This document shows positions 1-10,200 of a stretch of DNA of 64,000 bases, piece by piece. Position 1 is the first letter of the stretch. Each line of letters starts with the position of its first letter. Source of the stretch: a virus (lineage: Duplodnaviria > Caudoviricetes); the IMG/VR virus record IMGVR_UViG_3300038312_000327, positions 11,782 through 75,781 of that record. The stretch is one strand, 5' to 3'. The notes under the pieces were generated by a model. The model saw nothing but the letters and a program-made list of their open reading frames with translations. It was not told the origin of the DNA and did no database searches. A program made the position numbers and the translations under genes.

Positions 1-1
1 G

Positions 2-1180
2 GGGCACTTCCCTGAACATTCAGTTATGCGCAACTGCTGTTCCGATACTTTGTACAACAAACTCTCATACGACACACGTAACATTGTTAGAGGTGTGAAA
101 TACCATGAGATTTTCCCTGATGTCAAATTAAGCGGTGATAAACAAAACGTAAAAGGATGGAATCTTCAGTCAAGTAGGCAAGTAGGTTACTTCGGTGCCG
201 GTGTTGGTGGTACCGTCATCGGTTTTGGCGCTTCCATGCTTGCCATGACAGACGACTTGTACAAATCACTTGAAGATGCTCTTTCAGATACGAACAATGA
301 AAAGGTTTGGAGCTGGAAGCAAGGTACTCACGACTCACGTATTGAGGGTAATTGCTGTTCAATAGATATTGGCACCAGATGGAGTGAAACGGACGTTCTG
401 GGACGCTTGGAATCGTCCGGGAAGTACGACGAGATTATCCGCATCGCTGCACTTGATGAAAATGATCAGTCATTCTGCGAGGATGTGCACACGACAGAAT
501 ATTATCACGAGATCCGGCAGGATCTGGATGAATCTATATGGGAAGCTGAGTACATGCAGAACCCCATCGAAGCAAAAGGATTGCTCTTCCCGAAATCGGA
601 ACTTAATCGATACAGAAGGAAAGATATCATCGATCGCAAACCTGAAGGTGTGGTCAGTGCCTGTGACGTGGCCGATGAAGGAGATGACGACTTCTCATCA
701 CCATTTGGCAGGATATTTGGTGATAAGATCTTCATAACTGACGTGGTATTCACAAAGGATCCAGTCGAGATATCAGAACCACGAATCACGCAGATGATCA
801 TAGACGAGAAATGTGACAAAATAAGGGTTGAATCAAACAATGGTGGCCGTATCTTCGGGAAGAATGTACGTACCGGCCTTGCAAAGAAGAAACATAAATG
901 CGAAGTGCAAACCAAGGCAACCACATCGAACAAGGCAACTCGTATCCTCATGCGCTCCGGATGGATTAAAAAGCATTGTGTGTTCCTGCATGATGACGAT
1001 ATCATCAAAGGATCCGATTATGACCGATTCATGAAATCACTCACCGGCTATAAAAAAGAGGGCGGGAACAAACATGATGATGCTCCAGATTCACTCACAA
1101 TCCTTGCTGAATATATTGAGGATATCGGATTGCGTAAAACGATGAATAAGAAAACGGTGGATAAGAGGGTGATTGCTTAA
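2..1180 (+). CDS. Terminase large subunit, C-terminal part (5' truncated by window)
   Basis: Frame open to window edge; ATPase C-lobe (MTDDLYKS, IGTRW, YMQNP) plus RNase H-like nuclease motifs (ACDVADEGDD, VESNNGG, KHDDAPDSL). Confidence 0.9.
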   Translation, partial: GHFPEHSVMRNCCSDTLYNKLSYDTRNIVRGVKYHEIFPDVKLSGDKQNVKGWNLQSSRQVGYFGAGVGGTVIGFGASMLAMTDDLYKSLEDALSDTNNEKVWSWKQGTHDSRIEGNCCSIDIGTRWSETDVLGRLESSGKYDEIIRIAALDENDQSFCEDVHTTEYYHEIRQDLDESIWEAEYMQNPIEAKGLLFPKSELNRYRRKDIIDRKPEGVVSACDVADEGDDDFSSPFGRIFGDKIFITDVVFTKDPVEISEPRITQMIIDEKCDKIRVESNNGGRIFGKNVRTGLAKKKHKCEVQTKATTSNKATRILMRSGWIKKHCVFLHDDDIIKGSDYDRFMKSLTGYKKEGGNKHDDAPDSLTILAEYIEDIGLRKTMNKKTVDKRVIA

Positions 1181-1968
1181 TTGGTATTTAAATCAATTGC
1201 ACCTTTTACGACAACCCCAAGGCGTTTTGAATTATAATAATCACACAGATTATTATACATTTCATTGGTAATTTTAAAATTAGGATTTGCCTCAACTTTG
1301 TAACCTTTGGATATTAAAATATTAACTAATTCGCTAATAGGTACATTGAACTGTCTAGCAGCTTTTACGATTCTCATCGAAGATGGAGAATTTGGAGAAT
1401 TTGGAGATCTTGGGGTTATTTCTTCTAATATTCGAGTCTGCGTGTTCTTAACTTCGTCTAAGACATCAATAATATATTCATTAATACCTCCAACATTGTC
1501 TTCTTTAAACTTAAAATCTCTTTGAGCCCTGTATATTGGGTTATCAAAAGCGCTTTCATTAAAATCTAATGATTTGATAGCTCCTCTAATTTCCCTTTGT
1601 AGTTTAGGGACACCTTTCATGTCATTTGTATAAAAAATTGTTCGTTCAGTCGTAATGTCAAATGGGAGCTTTGTCCCAAACTCAGCAATGGTTATGACAT
1701 GTTTAGCGGTTGAATGTCTAACAGCTAACTCATACATTACATTTGGGTTTAATTCTGTTAAATTAGCAACAACCAGATCATTATTCATAATACACTCTAA
1801 TACTTGTTTAGTAATTGAGCCTGGTGATGGCATTTTATGAGGAATATCGACTTTAAAATCAAATTCTTCAAGAATCGGCTCAATGGATTCAATAACACCT
1901 TCTGCTTTTAATCTTGTTTCAGATAACTCATCACCGATTGGTGTAATAATAAAGCACCTCTTGTCCAT
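1177..1968 (-). CDS. Nucleoside 2-deoxyribosyltransferase-like (TIR/NDT fold) protein with C-terminal IF2-N-like domain
   Basis: CFIITPIG...DLVVANLTELNPNVMYELAVRH motif; C-terminal MRIVKAARQFNV...KGYKVEANPNFKITNEMY. Confidence 0.75.
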   Translation of the reverse strand: MDKRCFIITPIGDELSETRLKAEGVIESIEPILEEFDFKVDIPHKMPSPGSITKQVLECIMNNDLVVANLTELNPNVMYELAVRHSTAKHVITIAEFGTKLPFDITTERTIFYTNDMKGVPKLQREIRGAIKSLDFNESAFDNPIYRAQRDFKFKEDNVGGINEYIIDVLDEVKNTQTRILEEITPRSPNSPNSPSSMRIVKAARQFNVPISELVNILISKGYKVEANPNFKITNEMYNNLCDYYNSKRLGVVVKGAIDLNTN

Positions 1969-2053
1969 TTCGACTTAGTTTTAAATAGTTATTAATCAAT
2001 AATGCAAATATAGCTAAAAACCTCACCCCCTTTATATTTTACAATAAAAATAT

Positions 2054-5000
2054 ATGGGAGTTATCAACAAAGACGGTGCACTATACTTCGCTACCGGCAT
2101 CGACAATTCCGGTCTGAAAAAGGATTCCGAAGAGGCGAAACGATACATTCAGGATATATCTGATTTCGCAAAGAGCACTGGTGCGGTGTTAGGAACAGCA
2201 TTCAGTGTGGGGGTGTTGAAAAATTTTAGTGATGAAATTATCAACGTCCGGGGCGAAATGCAGATGCTGGAAACGTCCTTCGAGGTGTTGCTCGGGGGAA
2301 AGGGCGTGCCGGCATTCATGTCCGAAATAAAGCAGTTCGCGGTTGACAGCCCTCTATCCCTATCCGGTGTATCGCAGGCCGCTCAAACATTGCTCGGTTT
2401 TAATGTCGAAGCCGAAAAGGTGATCCCAACCATTAAACAGTTAGGCGATATCTCGATGGGGAGCGAACAGCGTTTCCAGTCCCTCGCACTCGCTTTTGCT
2501 CAAATGTCCTCTACCGGCAAGCTGATGGGCCAGGATCTTCTGCAGATGATCAACGCCGGATTCAATCCACTTTCCGTCATGTCTGAAAAAACCGGGAAAT
2601 CTATTGCAGACCTTAAAAAAGAAATGGAGTCCGGGGCAATATCGTCTGAAATGGTTGCCGATGCCTTTGCATCCGCCACGGCCGAGGGTGGCAAATTCTA
2701 TGGAATGACGCAAAAACAAGCCGAAGGTATCAAAGGTTTACAGGCGCAACTGGAGGGTGCATGGCAGGATACATATAACGAGATGGGCCAAAAGGGTGAA
2801 AAACTCATCACGGACATGTACAAGATGGGCATTTCCGTCGCTGAGAACTATGAAAAGATTGGCCGGGTGATAACATCCCTGATTGCTACATACGGGGCGT
2901 ATAAAGCCGCTCTTGTGGTTGTAACGACTGCTGAAAGTGGTTGGACACTGGCTCAAATGACTAAATACAAATGGCTGGTGATGGTTGAGAAAGCGCAAAA
3001 GCTTCTGAATGCTACGATGCTCAAAAATCCATATGTAGCTGTTACCGTTCTTGTTGTAGGTTTGATATCCGCTATTGTTGCATTGCGTGACCGAACAACT
3101 ATGATGGAAAAAGCCCAGAAGCAATTAAATGCCGTACTCAATGAAGCAAAAGACCGGAAAGAATCATTGAAAAATAAAGGTGGTGAGTTAATTTCCGTCC
3201 TGACAAGTGAAACTGCAACAGTTTACCAGCAAATCAAAGCATATAAGGAATTGTTGACCCTGCTTCCACAATTGAAAGGCAAATCACTGGACGAAATCAA
3301 AGCCATGAAGCCGGAAGATATCGAAGCGTTGTTTGCCGAAAGGTCGGACCAAGTGGAAATCGAAACCGTCCGCAATAGGTATGAAGAACTGACTAAAAAC
3401 ATAGAGGGATATCGGAAAAAAATAAAAGAGCTTGTGAAAGATGGAGCCGATGATGCGGAGATATCATATTATCGAAAACAACTTGGTCAGACCCTTGCAG
3501 ATTCGAAGGTATTAAAGGGGCAAATCGATGAAATTGCCCGAATCCAGAAAGAAGCATTCTATCAGGAAAACCCTGAGGCAAGGAGAATGGATCTTCAAGT
3601 GCAGCGTACCAATCTCCTACAAAAGGAAAAAGAACTGACTGAAAAGATCGGTAAGGCTCAAAATGACTTTGAAAGTGCCAATGACCGGCTTCATCTTGGT
3701 GCTGTAAAGTCCCAGATCAAAGGCATCGATGAACAGATAGCCTCTTTGAACAAAACCACCGGAACAGCTGCAGTCAAGAACCATGCTTACTGGGAAAAGA
3801 TTAAGGATGATGCGGAAAAAGCAAGAAAAGCGTTGGGATCTGACAAGCAGGGCTCAGATGAATGGGATGAATTGACCAGAAAAATAAATCAGGCAAATGC
3901 TGAATTAAAAAAGTATTCCGACAAGGAAGCAGGCGCAACACAGGCAAACCAGACTGGCGACGCGAACCGTAAGCTGCTTGACATGATAAAACAGAATGCG
4001 CTTGAAGAAAAGCGGCTCAGGGAGGATCTTGACAACGAAATATCCCAGGCCGAAATAGACGCCATGGCCGATGGATTCAACAGAACGATGAAACAGCGAG
4101 AGTTGAACCATCAAATTGAAATTCAAAACCTCAAACGGCAGAAAGAGGATTATATTAACCGTATCATCCAGGCACGGAAAGAGGAGTTTGAAGCAGAAGA
4201 AGAGGTCAAATCAAAGAAAGACAAGAACTATGTAAAGAAATCATTCGACGGGAGTACTGTCAAAGTTGATGCATCCTCATACGATGATATCATATCACAA
4301 AAAAACACCCAGTACGTCAATGATACGAAGAAATCGTGGAATGACCTGGCATTGGAATTCGGTGATTACTACCAGAAGCGGCTTGCTATCGCAAAAAAAT
4401 GGGAAAGCGAGATAGCCGAATTACCCTCGCAATTTCAAGCAGGTGCAAGGATCAAGATGAATGCCGAGCTGGCCAGTCTTGACGATGAATATAAGAAAGC
4501 AACTTCCGCGATCACTGAACTTTTCAAGGACACTTCGGAAAAAACCTCGAAAGAACTACGAAAGATAGCGGACGAAGCTGAACGGATGAAGGATTTCGTA
4601 TTAGGTGGTCAGTGGGATGCCGGTAGCGGTGCAGACTTCGGTATCACAGAAGCGCAATTCAAATCTCTCAACGAGGAATGGAGTAAATCCCCAGAAAAAC
4701 TCGAAGCTATCATAAAAGCCATCAAGGAGCTTAAGCGAGAGGCCTATTTGAAGGAAAATACATTCAAAGCAATCAGTAACAGCATCGAGGCGATATTAGA
4801 CCCGAAAACGGGCGGTAAAGACAAAAAGAAAGCCTGGTCGGACCTTGCAAACGGCATTGGAGAGGTAAATGATATGGCGCAAAGCGTCGGGAATAATATC
4901 TCTTCCATCTTTTCCGCGTTTGGCAAGGATGATGGTGCCGATCTGGCCGGGAACATCACGCAGCTTGTAGGGGGCGTTGGAGAGGCGGGTATGGGTATTG

Positions 5001-5998
5001 CTCAATTGTATAGTGGGGACATTATTGGAGGTATCAAAAGCCTTGCATCAGGAATTACCAATGTCGTAACCTCTATCACACGAATGAACGATGCTGTAAA
5101 GGAGAAAAAAATACAACAGCTGCAAGCCCAAATCGACGGTCTCGAAAAATCATACGATGCTTTAGGTGATGCGATTGATAAAGCGTATTCCAAAGACGCC
5201 TCAAAACTCATCGAGCAACAGAATGTGCTTCTGAAACAACAGCAATTGCTGATAAAACAGCAGATCAAGGAAGAGGAAGCAAAGAAGAAAACCGATAAGA
5301 ATAAAATCAAGGAGTGGCAGGCCACTTATGACGAAATTGATAAACAGATATCCGAAAACAAGGTCAAAGCCGTTGACGCCATATTCGGTGAAGATATACA
5401 GTCTGCTATTGATAATTTCGCTCAGGCGTATGTGAATATGTGGGCAGCCGGGGATGATAAGGCTAAATCACGGAAAGATTTCGTGAAAAGCATGATAAAA
5501 GGCATGATTCTCGAAGCGATGAAAGCGGACGTATCGAAGCCAATGGAAGCGATCCGTAAAAAGCTTGAAGCATTTTGGTCGGATGACCGTATTACAGATC
5601 AAGAAGCCGATATCATTGACCAGATGGTCGCAGACTTGCAAAATCAACTCGACAAAAGGTATTCATGGGCAGACAAATACATTAAGGATGACATCTCATC
5701 ATCCGGCGTTACCGGCGAACTAAAAGCAGCTATGACCGAGCAAACCGGATCGCAACTCGTCGGATTATGGAATATGACGGCTATGGACATCAGGCAAATC
5801 AAAGAATTCTTCGAAAAAAACCCACCTGTGGATGTGGCAAAAGAATTGAACAGCCTTCTCAATGAATTGCAAGCAATACGACAGAACACGAGAGATGCTG
5901 CTGACAATACATCGTATCTCGAAGATGGATTGAAAAAGCTGGAAGAAAAGCTTGATGATATAAAGAAAAATACGAAACCCAATACCAGCAGGATATAA
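2054..5998 (+). CDS. Tape measure protein
   Basis: 1314 aa, helical/coiled-coil; tape_meas-type N-terminus (QMSSTGKLMGQDLLQMINAGFNPL). Confidence 0.93.
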   Translation: MGVINKDGALYFATGIDNSGLKKDSEEAKRYIQDISDFAKSTGAVLGTAFSVGVLKNFSDEIINVRGEMQMLETSFEVLLGGKGVPAFMSEIKQFAVDSPLSLSGVSQAAQTLLGFNVEAEKVIPTIKQLGDISMGSEQRFQSLALAFAQMSSTGKLMGQDLLQMINAGFNPLSVMSEKTGKSIADLKKEMESGAISSEMVADAFASATAEGGKFYGMTQKQAEGIKGLQAQLEGAWQDTYNEMGQKGEKLITDMYKMGISVAENYEKIGRVITSLIATYGAYKAALVVVTTAESGWTLAQMTKYKWLVMVEKAQKLLNATMLKNPYVAVTVLVVGLISAIVALRDRTTMMEKAQKQLNAVLNEAKDRKESLKNKGGELISVLTSETATVYQQIKAYKELLTLLPQLKGKSLDEIKAMKPEDIEALFAERSDQVEIETVRNRYEELTKNIEGYRKKIKELVKDGADDAEISYYRKQLGQTLADSKVLKGQIDEIARIQKEAFYQENPEARRMDLQVQRTNLLQKEKELTEKIGKAQNDFESANDRLHLGAVKSQIKGIDEQIASLNKTTGTAAVKNHAYWEKIKDDAEKARKALGSDKQGSDEWDELTRKINQANAELKKYSDKEAGATQANQTGDANRKLLDMIKQNALEEKRLREDLDNEISQAEIDAMADGFNRTMKQRELNHQIEIQNLKRQKEDYINRIIQARKEEFEAEEEVKSKKDKNYVKKSFDGSTVKVDASSYDDIISQKNTQYVNDTKKSWNDLALEFGDYYQKRLAIAKKWESEIAELPSQFQAGARIKMNAELASLDDEYKKATSAITELFKDTSEKTSKELRKIADEAERMKDFVLGGQWDAGSGADFGITEAQFKSLNEEWSKSPEKLEAIIKAIKELKREAYLKENTFKAISNSIEAILDPKTGGKDKKKAWSDLANGIGEVNDMAQSVGNNISSIFSAFGKDDGADLAGNITQLVGGVGEAGMGIAQLYSGDIIGGIKSLASGITNVVTSITRMNDAVKEKKIQQLQAQIDGLEKSYDALGDAIDKAYSKDASKLIEQQNVLLKQQQLLIKQQIKEEEAKKKTDKNKIKEWQATYDEIDKQISENKVKAVDAIFGEDIQSAIDNFAQAYVNMWAAGDDKAKSRKDFVKSMIKGMILEAMKADVSKPMEAIRKKLEAFWSDDRITDQEADIIDQMVADLQNQLDKRYSWADKYIKDDISSSGVTGELKAAMTEQTGSQLVGLWNMTAMDIRQIKEFFEKNPPVDVAKELNSLLNELQAIRQNTRDAADNTSYLEDGLKKLEEKLDDIKKNTKPNTSRI

Positions 5999-6498
5999 TG
6001 GAACTTACATACTTACTAACAGAAGCAGAAATAATGAAAGGTTGCGGACAAGGGTTAGACCAGTTGCGCAATTGCAAGACTATTGATGATATGATACAGT
6101 GTTACTTCGATAATATCGATTTCTGTCTTGCAAATAATTTCCCATCAAATGAATTTTTAATGCAACACCGTGACGAATTACGACAAAAGGATGTGTTTAT
6201 TGACGATGCGATGATTTGCGCAACAGAGGAAAGAGGAACGTGGGTTTTTCTCGGTAATTGCACTTGCACGATTAGTGTTGATGGGTTCTCGGTTCACAGA
6301 TTATACGTAAAACACAACTCGAAGATAAATATAAAAGCGTTTGGGAGAGCGTTTGTGATGGTTGATGCTTTGGATAACTCCGATGTAGTTGTTGATATAA
6401 ATGATGAGGCAAAAGTTATCGTGAATCTCTACTCGAAAGCAACCTGTACCGGAGCAACCAAAATCATTCAAAAAAATAAAGAAACATATGATCTATAA
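5998..6498 (+). CDS. Phage hypothetical protein following tape measure gene
   Basis: 166 aa ORF translationally coupled to TMP (TAATG overlap). Confidence 0.7.
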   Translation: MELTYLLTEAEIMKGCGQGLDQLRNCKTIDDMIQCYFDNIDFCLANNFPSNEFLMQHRDELRQKDVFIDDAMICATEERGTWVFLGNCTCTISVDGFSVHRLYVKHNSKINIKAFGRAFVMVDALDNSDVVVDINDEAKVIVNLYSKATCTGATKIIQKNKETYDL

Positions 6499-7243
6499 AC
6501 TGAACAATATTTCCATATCCTCTTTCGACGCAACCCCATCACCGGAAAACGGGCATCTTGCCCTATCTGGTATATTAGACCTACCAAAGCGTATTGGTGC
6601 GACAGAATACAACTGGGGAACATCTATTGAACCGTTCGTGGATGCGGAAGATATCGAACTGGATGGCAGGACGCTTACCCTTAATGTCGCAATCAGGAAG
6701 ATCGACCTCGATGCATTCAAATCCGCGTGTGTTGCATGTAGGGAATTGTCTTTCGACTACGATACATTCCAGGTAATTCAGAAAGACGAAATCAAAGTTG
6801 ACATTGTTGGTGATTATTGTAGAGTATCCGTTCCGTTATGGCAAAATGAGATTGTTTTGCCGGAAATCACTGTAATCCCATCCGGAACAGGCGAATACCA
6901 GATTGATAATTTTAATCTTGTGAAAGATCTCGGCATACATGTCAGCCAAAGTGGGAATCTCCTGAATATAGCCGGCCGGATCGATGTGCAAACGACAGAA
7001 TTCTATGAAAGAACGAATTTTAGGGGATTACGGAAAATAGACCTGTCGTGTTCAATAGTCGGAAACAGCTTTGCGGATGTGTACGACAAGATTAACCAAT
7101 TCAATTCATTGTTGATTTCCCCGGGAATTCATACGCTGAAATTACGGAATAATGAATACAACGTATATTTTAAAGACGGATTGACAGCGAATATAATAGC
7201 TGAAAATATCATTAATTTCACATTAAGGGCAACAGTAGCATGA
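6488..7243 (+). CDS. Probable distal tail protein
   Basis: Position between TMP and tail hub; two repeated beta-rich halves. Confidence 0.55.
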   Translation: MIYKLNNISISSFDATPSPENGHLALSGILDLPKRIGATEYNWGTSIEPFVDAEDIELDGRTLTLNVAIRKIDLDAFKSACVACRELSFDYDTFQVIQKDEIKVDIVGDYCRVSVPLWQNEIVLPEITVIPSGTGEYQIDNFNLVKDLGIHVSQSGNLLNIAGRIDVQTTEFYERTNFRGLRKIDLSCSIVGNSFADVYDKINQFNSLLISPGIHTLKLRNNEYNVYFKDGLTANIIAENIINFTLRATVA

Positions 7244-10200
7244 TATCAGTATATAGGAAAATATCAGGAGTTGAAACGGAAATTTGCACATTATCAGCAA
7301 AACAATCTGAACATAAAACAGCGATAAGGGGATTAAACGAAATTCAAATATCCATTACGGTTGATGTGATGCTGCCTATCCTGGAAGGGGATTATATCAA
7401 ACTGAATGGCGTGAATTACACCATCAATCGTGATGTAGAATATACAATTGAATCGGATGTAAAATACAGTTATGACCTTGTATTCGAACATCCGTTTTAT
7501 ATCCTGCTCAATAAACTCTATTGCAGCCGGATCACCGGCCATACGAGTTTTACACTTACCGGGAAACTCCGTGATTTTGTTGAATTACTTGTCTGGTGTG
7601 TAAACATATCACCTGAAAACCCGGATGGCGTTGATACTGGTTGGACGGTTGGTGAAATTTTCAATACGGAATATAAGACTTTGACGTTCCAGGACATGTA
7701 TTGCAATGAAGTCCTCAATAAACTATCGGATGAATTCCAGGTTGAATATTTCTTCAATAACAAGCAAGTCAATTTCGTTGAACGTATCGAGCGTTTAACT
7801 GATCACGTTTTTGAGCATGGAGCCGGTAAAGGCCTGTATAAGCTCACACAGCAAAACGTTGACAAGGAAGATACGGTTACCAGGTTATTAGTGAGGGGTG
7901 GCAATCAAAACGTACCGAATGGATATGCCGACGAAGAGGGTTATTTGAAATTACCTGAAAACTACCTTGAAGACTTTTCCGAGCACGCAAAAGTAGTTGA
8001 AAGGAAAAAGAAGTTCGAGGAGGAGTTTCCAAGATTCGTCGGTTCCATTGCAACAGTATCAGGTGAAAACAATAAGATCCTCACTTGCCCTCAAATTGAT
8101 TTTGATATAGCGGCTATCGCCGTTGGAGATAATGTGAGGATAAATTTCCTTACCGGTGATTTGATGGGGGTATCGATGAAATTTAACTGGCAAAATTCAA
8201 ACAAGCAAATTACCCTCATTGAGCAGGAAGATGAAACGGCGTTGGCGGGTGCAGATGGAACAAAACCGACAATCCCAAACACATCGAAAAAAGCGAAAGT
8301 AGGCGATGAATTCAACTTCACCGGCGTACTCATGCCTGAGTCCTATGTAACGGCTTCTATTACCCGTTTGCGTAATAAGGGGAACAAGTATCTTGGTCTG
8401 TTCTCAAAGAAAAGGGTGAAATTTACTCTCGATATCGACCATCGATATATGAGAGGCAAGCCTGAACTTATCGTCGGTGACCTGGTAGTAATTTCCATCC
8501 CGCAAAGGAATTTCAATCAAGTTATCCGGATAGCGGAACTTGGAAAAAACTTACATACCGGAGCAATATCTGCAACCGTCTCAAACTATCTTGAAGAGAA
8601 CTGGGAGAAGTATGTTGAAAGCAAGGTAGAAAACGTGAGAAACGATATACTTGCAAAACAGGCGAATGTCAGAAATACGCTTGAAACGATATTCAGGGAT
8701 GGAATAGTCACTGAGTCAGAACTAAAATCTATCGAAGCAATATTGACAAATCTGAGTGTAGAACGTGGGCAATTGAACGCCCAATACCTGGTTGTCCGTG
8801 GAAATGTTAATCTGATCAACAAAACACCTTTAGAAACAGCATGGTCGAACTATCAGACTGCATTTGTTGATGTTGAAACAGCAATTAACAATGCCATTAC
8901 CGACAAATTGATTTCTGATGCTGAAAAAGCTAATATTGACAATAAGATTTCAGTTTACTCGACACGTACAAATGAGTTTGCAACAGCCTTAGAGAATGCA
9001 AGGGTAGCGATTGAAGATAATAAGAATCAGGGAGTACTCGATGTTGTGGACCAGAACAGACAGTATTTGCAAGATCAAATTGATGGTGTGGTCGATAACT
9101 GGTTCTATCCGTATTCACCGACTTTGGCGAATTACCCCGCTTCTGACTGGACTACAAATACCATCAAAGACAGACACGTAGGCGACACTTTTACAAATAC
9201 GGCACAAGCTCCCGCAACCGATGCCGGAAAATCATGGCGTTTCGTTAAAAATGGCACAGTCTACTCATGGACACAAATTGCGGATTCCGATGCCGTCTTG
9301 GCACTTCAAAAAGCGGCACAGGCACAGAGCACAGCTGACGGAAAAAGCACCACCTATTTAATTCAGCCTTCATCTTACAAGTTTGGCGACATGTGGGTAT
9401 TGGCAGCCGACCAAACCGTTAACGGAATAGCCTACAAACAAGGGGAAATCCTAACAGCCACACAGGACAGTACAACCTACAATCAGGCGCATTGGGTTAA
9501 GAAAGTGAGGTACACGGACGATTCGGCGGTGAATAATTTGCAGATAGGTGGTAGAAACTACTTCACGTTATCAACGAATTTAACTTGCTGGAGAACTGAC
9601 ACAGGAGCTTCATTTTCGCCTACAGAAAGATTCATAGGAGGCTTTGCATTTAATTTAATTTCTGGTGTTGGTTCAAATATAAGAATCTCTAATTATTTAT
9701 TTAAAGGTTTATGGACACTAAGTTTCGACATACTTAGTAACGCAACAAATGCCACCTTTCAAATTGATTTCGGCGATACTAATATTAAAAACTTTACTAC
9801 TCATGAAACTTCAGGTATACCTAAACATATAACTTATACGGCTGATAACAATGGAGCATACGATTTCTTTGATATTGCCCTTACAGCCCCAATTAATGAT
9901 ATTCGTATAGAGAACTTAAAGATTGAAAAATATGGAAAAGAAACAGATTATTCTGAAGCACCCGAAGACGTACAAGCAGAAATAGACAACGCTAAGCAGG
10001 AAGCCTTAAACGCAGCTAATAGCGTTCAGACAAACGTAGATAACCTGAACAACTATGTTGACGGCTCTTTCAAAAATGGAATTATTGATTCCGCAGAAGC
10101 AAAGGCTATTGAAAAGTACAAGAACACGATTAACGAGACGATGGCGAAAGCGGAAGCGTCGTTTCTGAAAGTTTTTGGTAACACGTATTTAGAAGGCGCA

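Noticed and set aside
505-1008. Long antisense ORFs (also 24705-25295, 29086-29595, 55807-56364 and similar)
   Set aside because: Shadows of well-supported genes on the other strand, with no motifs
1386-1411. GGAGAATTT tandem repeat
   Set aside because: Encodes the SPNSPNSP linker; not an array
7164-7172. TATATTTTA copies inside coding regions (also 30076-30084)
   Set aside because: A few chance hits of an AT-only 9-mer are expected; not counted as promoter evidence
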